The notes below the pieces were generated by a model. The model saw nothing but the letters and a program-made list of their open reading frames with translations, searched no databases and had not been told where the DNA came from. A DNA stretch of 61,711 nucleotides, counting the filler, from Asterionella formosa (taxonomy: Eukaryota), in NCBI GenBank assembly GCA_002256025.1. It is 11 parts of 11 records of this genome, joined end to end, with 100 filler letters (N's around TTAATTAATTAA, not from the genome) between each part and the next. Parts side by side here need not be neighbours in the genome. Positions count along the whole stretch, not along the records: positions 56,204 to 61,711 come from NKIB01013035.1; 10 more parts are not named here. One strand, written 5' to 3'. Below are positions 59,461 through 61,711 of this stretch, piece by piece. The position numbers and the translations under genes were made by a program. The first letter of the stretch is position 1; each line of letters begins with the position of its first letter.

Positions 59461-61711
59461 GTACGAATCACACAGAATTGAGGAAGACACAACAGATTAA
59501 AATTTCATCATGCGAGTGAATTGGTTAACTCATCAGTTGATTGTTTTCAATATAAAATCAAGGCGTATTTTTTACTATAGTAGGACGAGGCTAATGGTAG
59601 ATCATTCAGTGCATGTGCAATTAGGAGTAGTAACTATTGGCTATGTCCTCTCCCTCTTGTCATATTTTTTCAAGTCACACTTGTAGCCTCATAAATTTTT
59701 CCCGACGAAATTGTTCTTAGCAAGACTGCGCCAGATTTTTTCGTGTAGATTGTAGGTTCTGTTGTTACAAAGAGGAAGTCATGGCTGCGCCAGGATTTTT
59801 GACCATCTGAATTCATAAAAACACCAACATTCAACACCACTGTGAACAGTTTATTTTCAACATGGGGACTGCCTTACTACAAACAAATCTTTTATCAGCT
59901 CACATATGGTTTGTTGCATCAAAAACAAAAGGTGGAATGATGCAACAATGAGAAGGTCCGCAATGGATGCTTTTTTAAGGTAAGATTTTTTGTTTGCTAT
60001 TTTTGCTATCATATCACCAAGCGAGTGATAATTCATAATGATATGCTTCTGTTCTCAACATTCATTTGACATTTGAACAGGCCTTTTCAGAAAATAGGTG
60101 TTATTTTGAAAGCAGGAGTGATAGAAGTGAAATGATGCAAAATGGAGACCCGCAATGGAAGATTTTACTAAGGTAAGCTTAATCCTCAGTTTTTGTCAGC
60201 ACATCAGCAAAGCTAGCGATAAATCACGTGTTTCTATTATTGTTCTCTACATTTATTTTACATTTTAGCCGTCCATTTCACAACAGGAGCATTATTTTGA
60301 ATGCATCAGTGAGTTGCGGTGCTGCCTGGTGGCTGGCTAATGCCGGTGTCTTGCTGTCAATTTGACTGCTCCGTGAAACAGTGAAATAGCACATGTGTGT
60401 GTTGCTTTCTGCTGTTGCTAGTTCTATTAAATGAATTACTGACACACTGTTCTTTTGTAAATCTTTGCAGGTCGATGAAGAAGTCATTTCAAGGACAAGG
60501 AGGAAGCCAGTGTGATACATTCCTGTTGCGATTTCGCACCATGATGTCTTTTCAAGAATGAATAATTTTTTCATTCACAATGAACAGTTTCTGTTTGTCT
60601 TGCATTGTCCTTACAGACGTCTCATGATGCCTACCTTCTCAAGACTGAAGATGCCATTCTGAACGAACTGCTTTGTTTGATTGCAAATCGAGATTTGTTT
60701 CCCATGTAATGTGAAATACCGGCAGTTGAATTAGAAATCAACATATTTGATTGTACTTTTAAATTACGTAAACAAATTTAATACATTACGTGAACTATAT
60801 TATAGAAATACGTGAACAAAATTATAAGGCAACGTGAACTAAATTACAGAATTAAGTGAAGTATTTCAAATAATTACGTGAAGTATTTCAAATAATTATG
60901 TGAAGGTGATCACGTAATATAGTGATGATCAGGAATGCATGCATGATACTCTGATCAAATAATTAACGTGATGTATTCAAATAATATATAGATATTTTCA
61001 AGTAATCATTTTGATGTATTCAACTTATTCATGTGATCCATTCAAAATCAACTAGGCTTATTTACTTGATGGTCACTTCACTTAATACACGGCTTAGATG
61101 ATATATTATGTGATGCATCACATTTAATATGTGACGTCATACCCTTAAATTATGTACATAGCCAAATTCATCATATTGAGCCACCCAAATAATTAATTTG
61201 GTTGATCATATATGACTAGCGGTTTTTTCTTGCGGCGGTACCAATTATCGGTGTTTTAGATGTATCAATGCCAGGAAGCGCCATGTAGGCTACCTTAGCT
61301 ACTAACACTTGAGTAGTCTTGCAGTGCTTCATAAATGAGATTAGCAAAATTATGGAGAGGCTTAGAGAAAATGATATTCATTTTGTACACAATGGTATTG
61401 GCGAATGTGTGCATGTGCTGAATCTGTGATCACAAATTTTGTTGTCAAATATACTGATGAAGGGGATGAGGCAGCAGATGACAGCACAATTGATGAAGGC
61501 AATATTATGGCAGAAATTAGTAATAAATTTGTGTCCAATAAAGCTTTCTATAACCTCAAGAGATGCATTGCTTGGTTTAATAAGCAGCACTGATGTATGT
61601 TAAAGAAAAGGATTTATTTGAGCAGGAGCTCCCATTGCTTGGCTGAAATGTCAAGAGTCTTTTTATTACACATAAAATCATATGTTTTCAACCTTTCTGC
61701 CTTTTATGTAC

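Overview
This window is not one continuous locus. It is 11 unlinked contigs of about 5.5 kb, in roughly decreasing length, joined by a 100-nt artificial spacer (N44-TTAATTAATTAA-N44). The DNA is eukaryotic and most likely a diatom (inferred from a bipartite plastid-targeting presequence on hemC, diatom-type copia elements and short GT-AG introns). Recognisable host genes: an ARM-repeat array protein, SLX1, a truncated EamA/DMT transporter, an MDR/quinone oxidoreductase with a premature TGA, an FG-GAP-like membrane protein, a USP deubiquitinase, hemC, rlmH and several hypothetical proteins. Much of the rest is transposon debris: four Ty1/copia remnants, a non-LTR retrotransposon 3' fragment, two deleted pogo-like elements, a TA-flanked MITE family and several unclassified repeats. 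The most interesting signals are (i) window-wide TACC[A/T]GGTA and TACCGGTA arrays that match predicted excision footprints of the CCTG...CAGG MITE, (ii) two unclassified hairpin-bounded elements, one ending in telomeric repeats, (iii) a mosaic 132-bp ARM array with variable positions, and (iv) a pervasive CpG-deamination signature. All assignments come from reading the sequence and motif recognition; no database searches were run.
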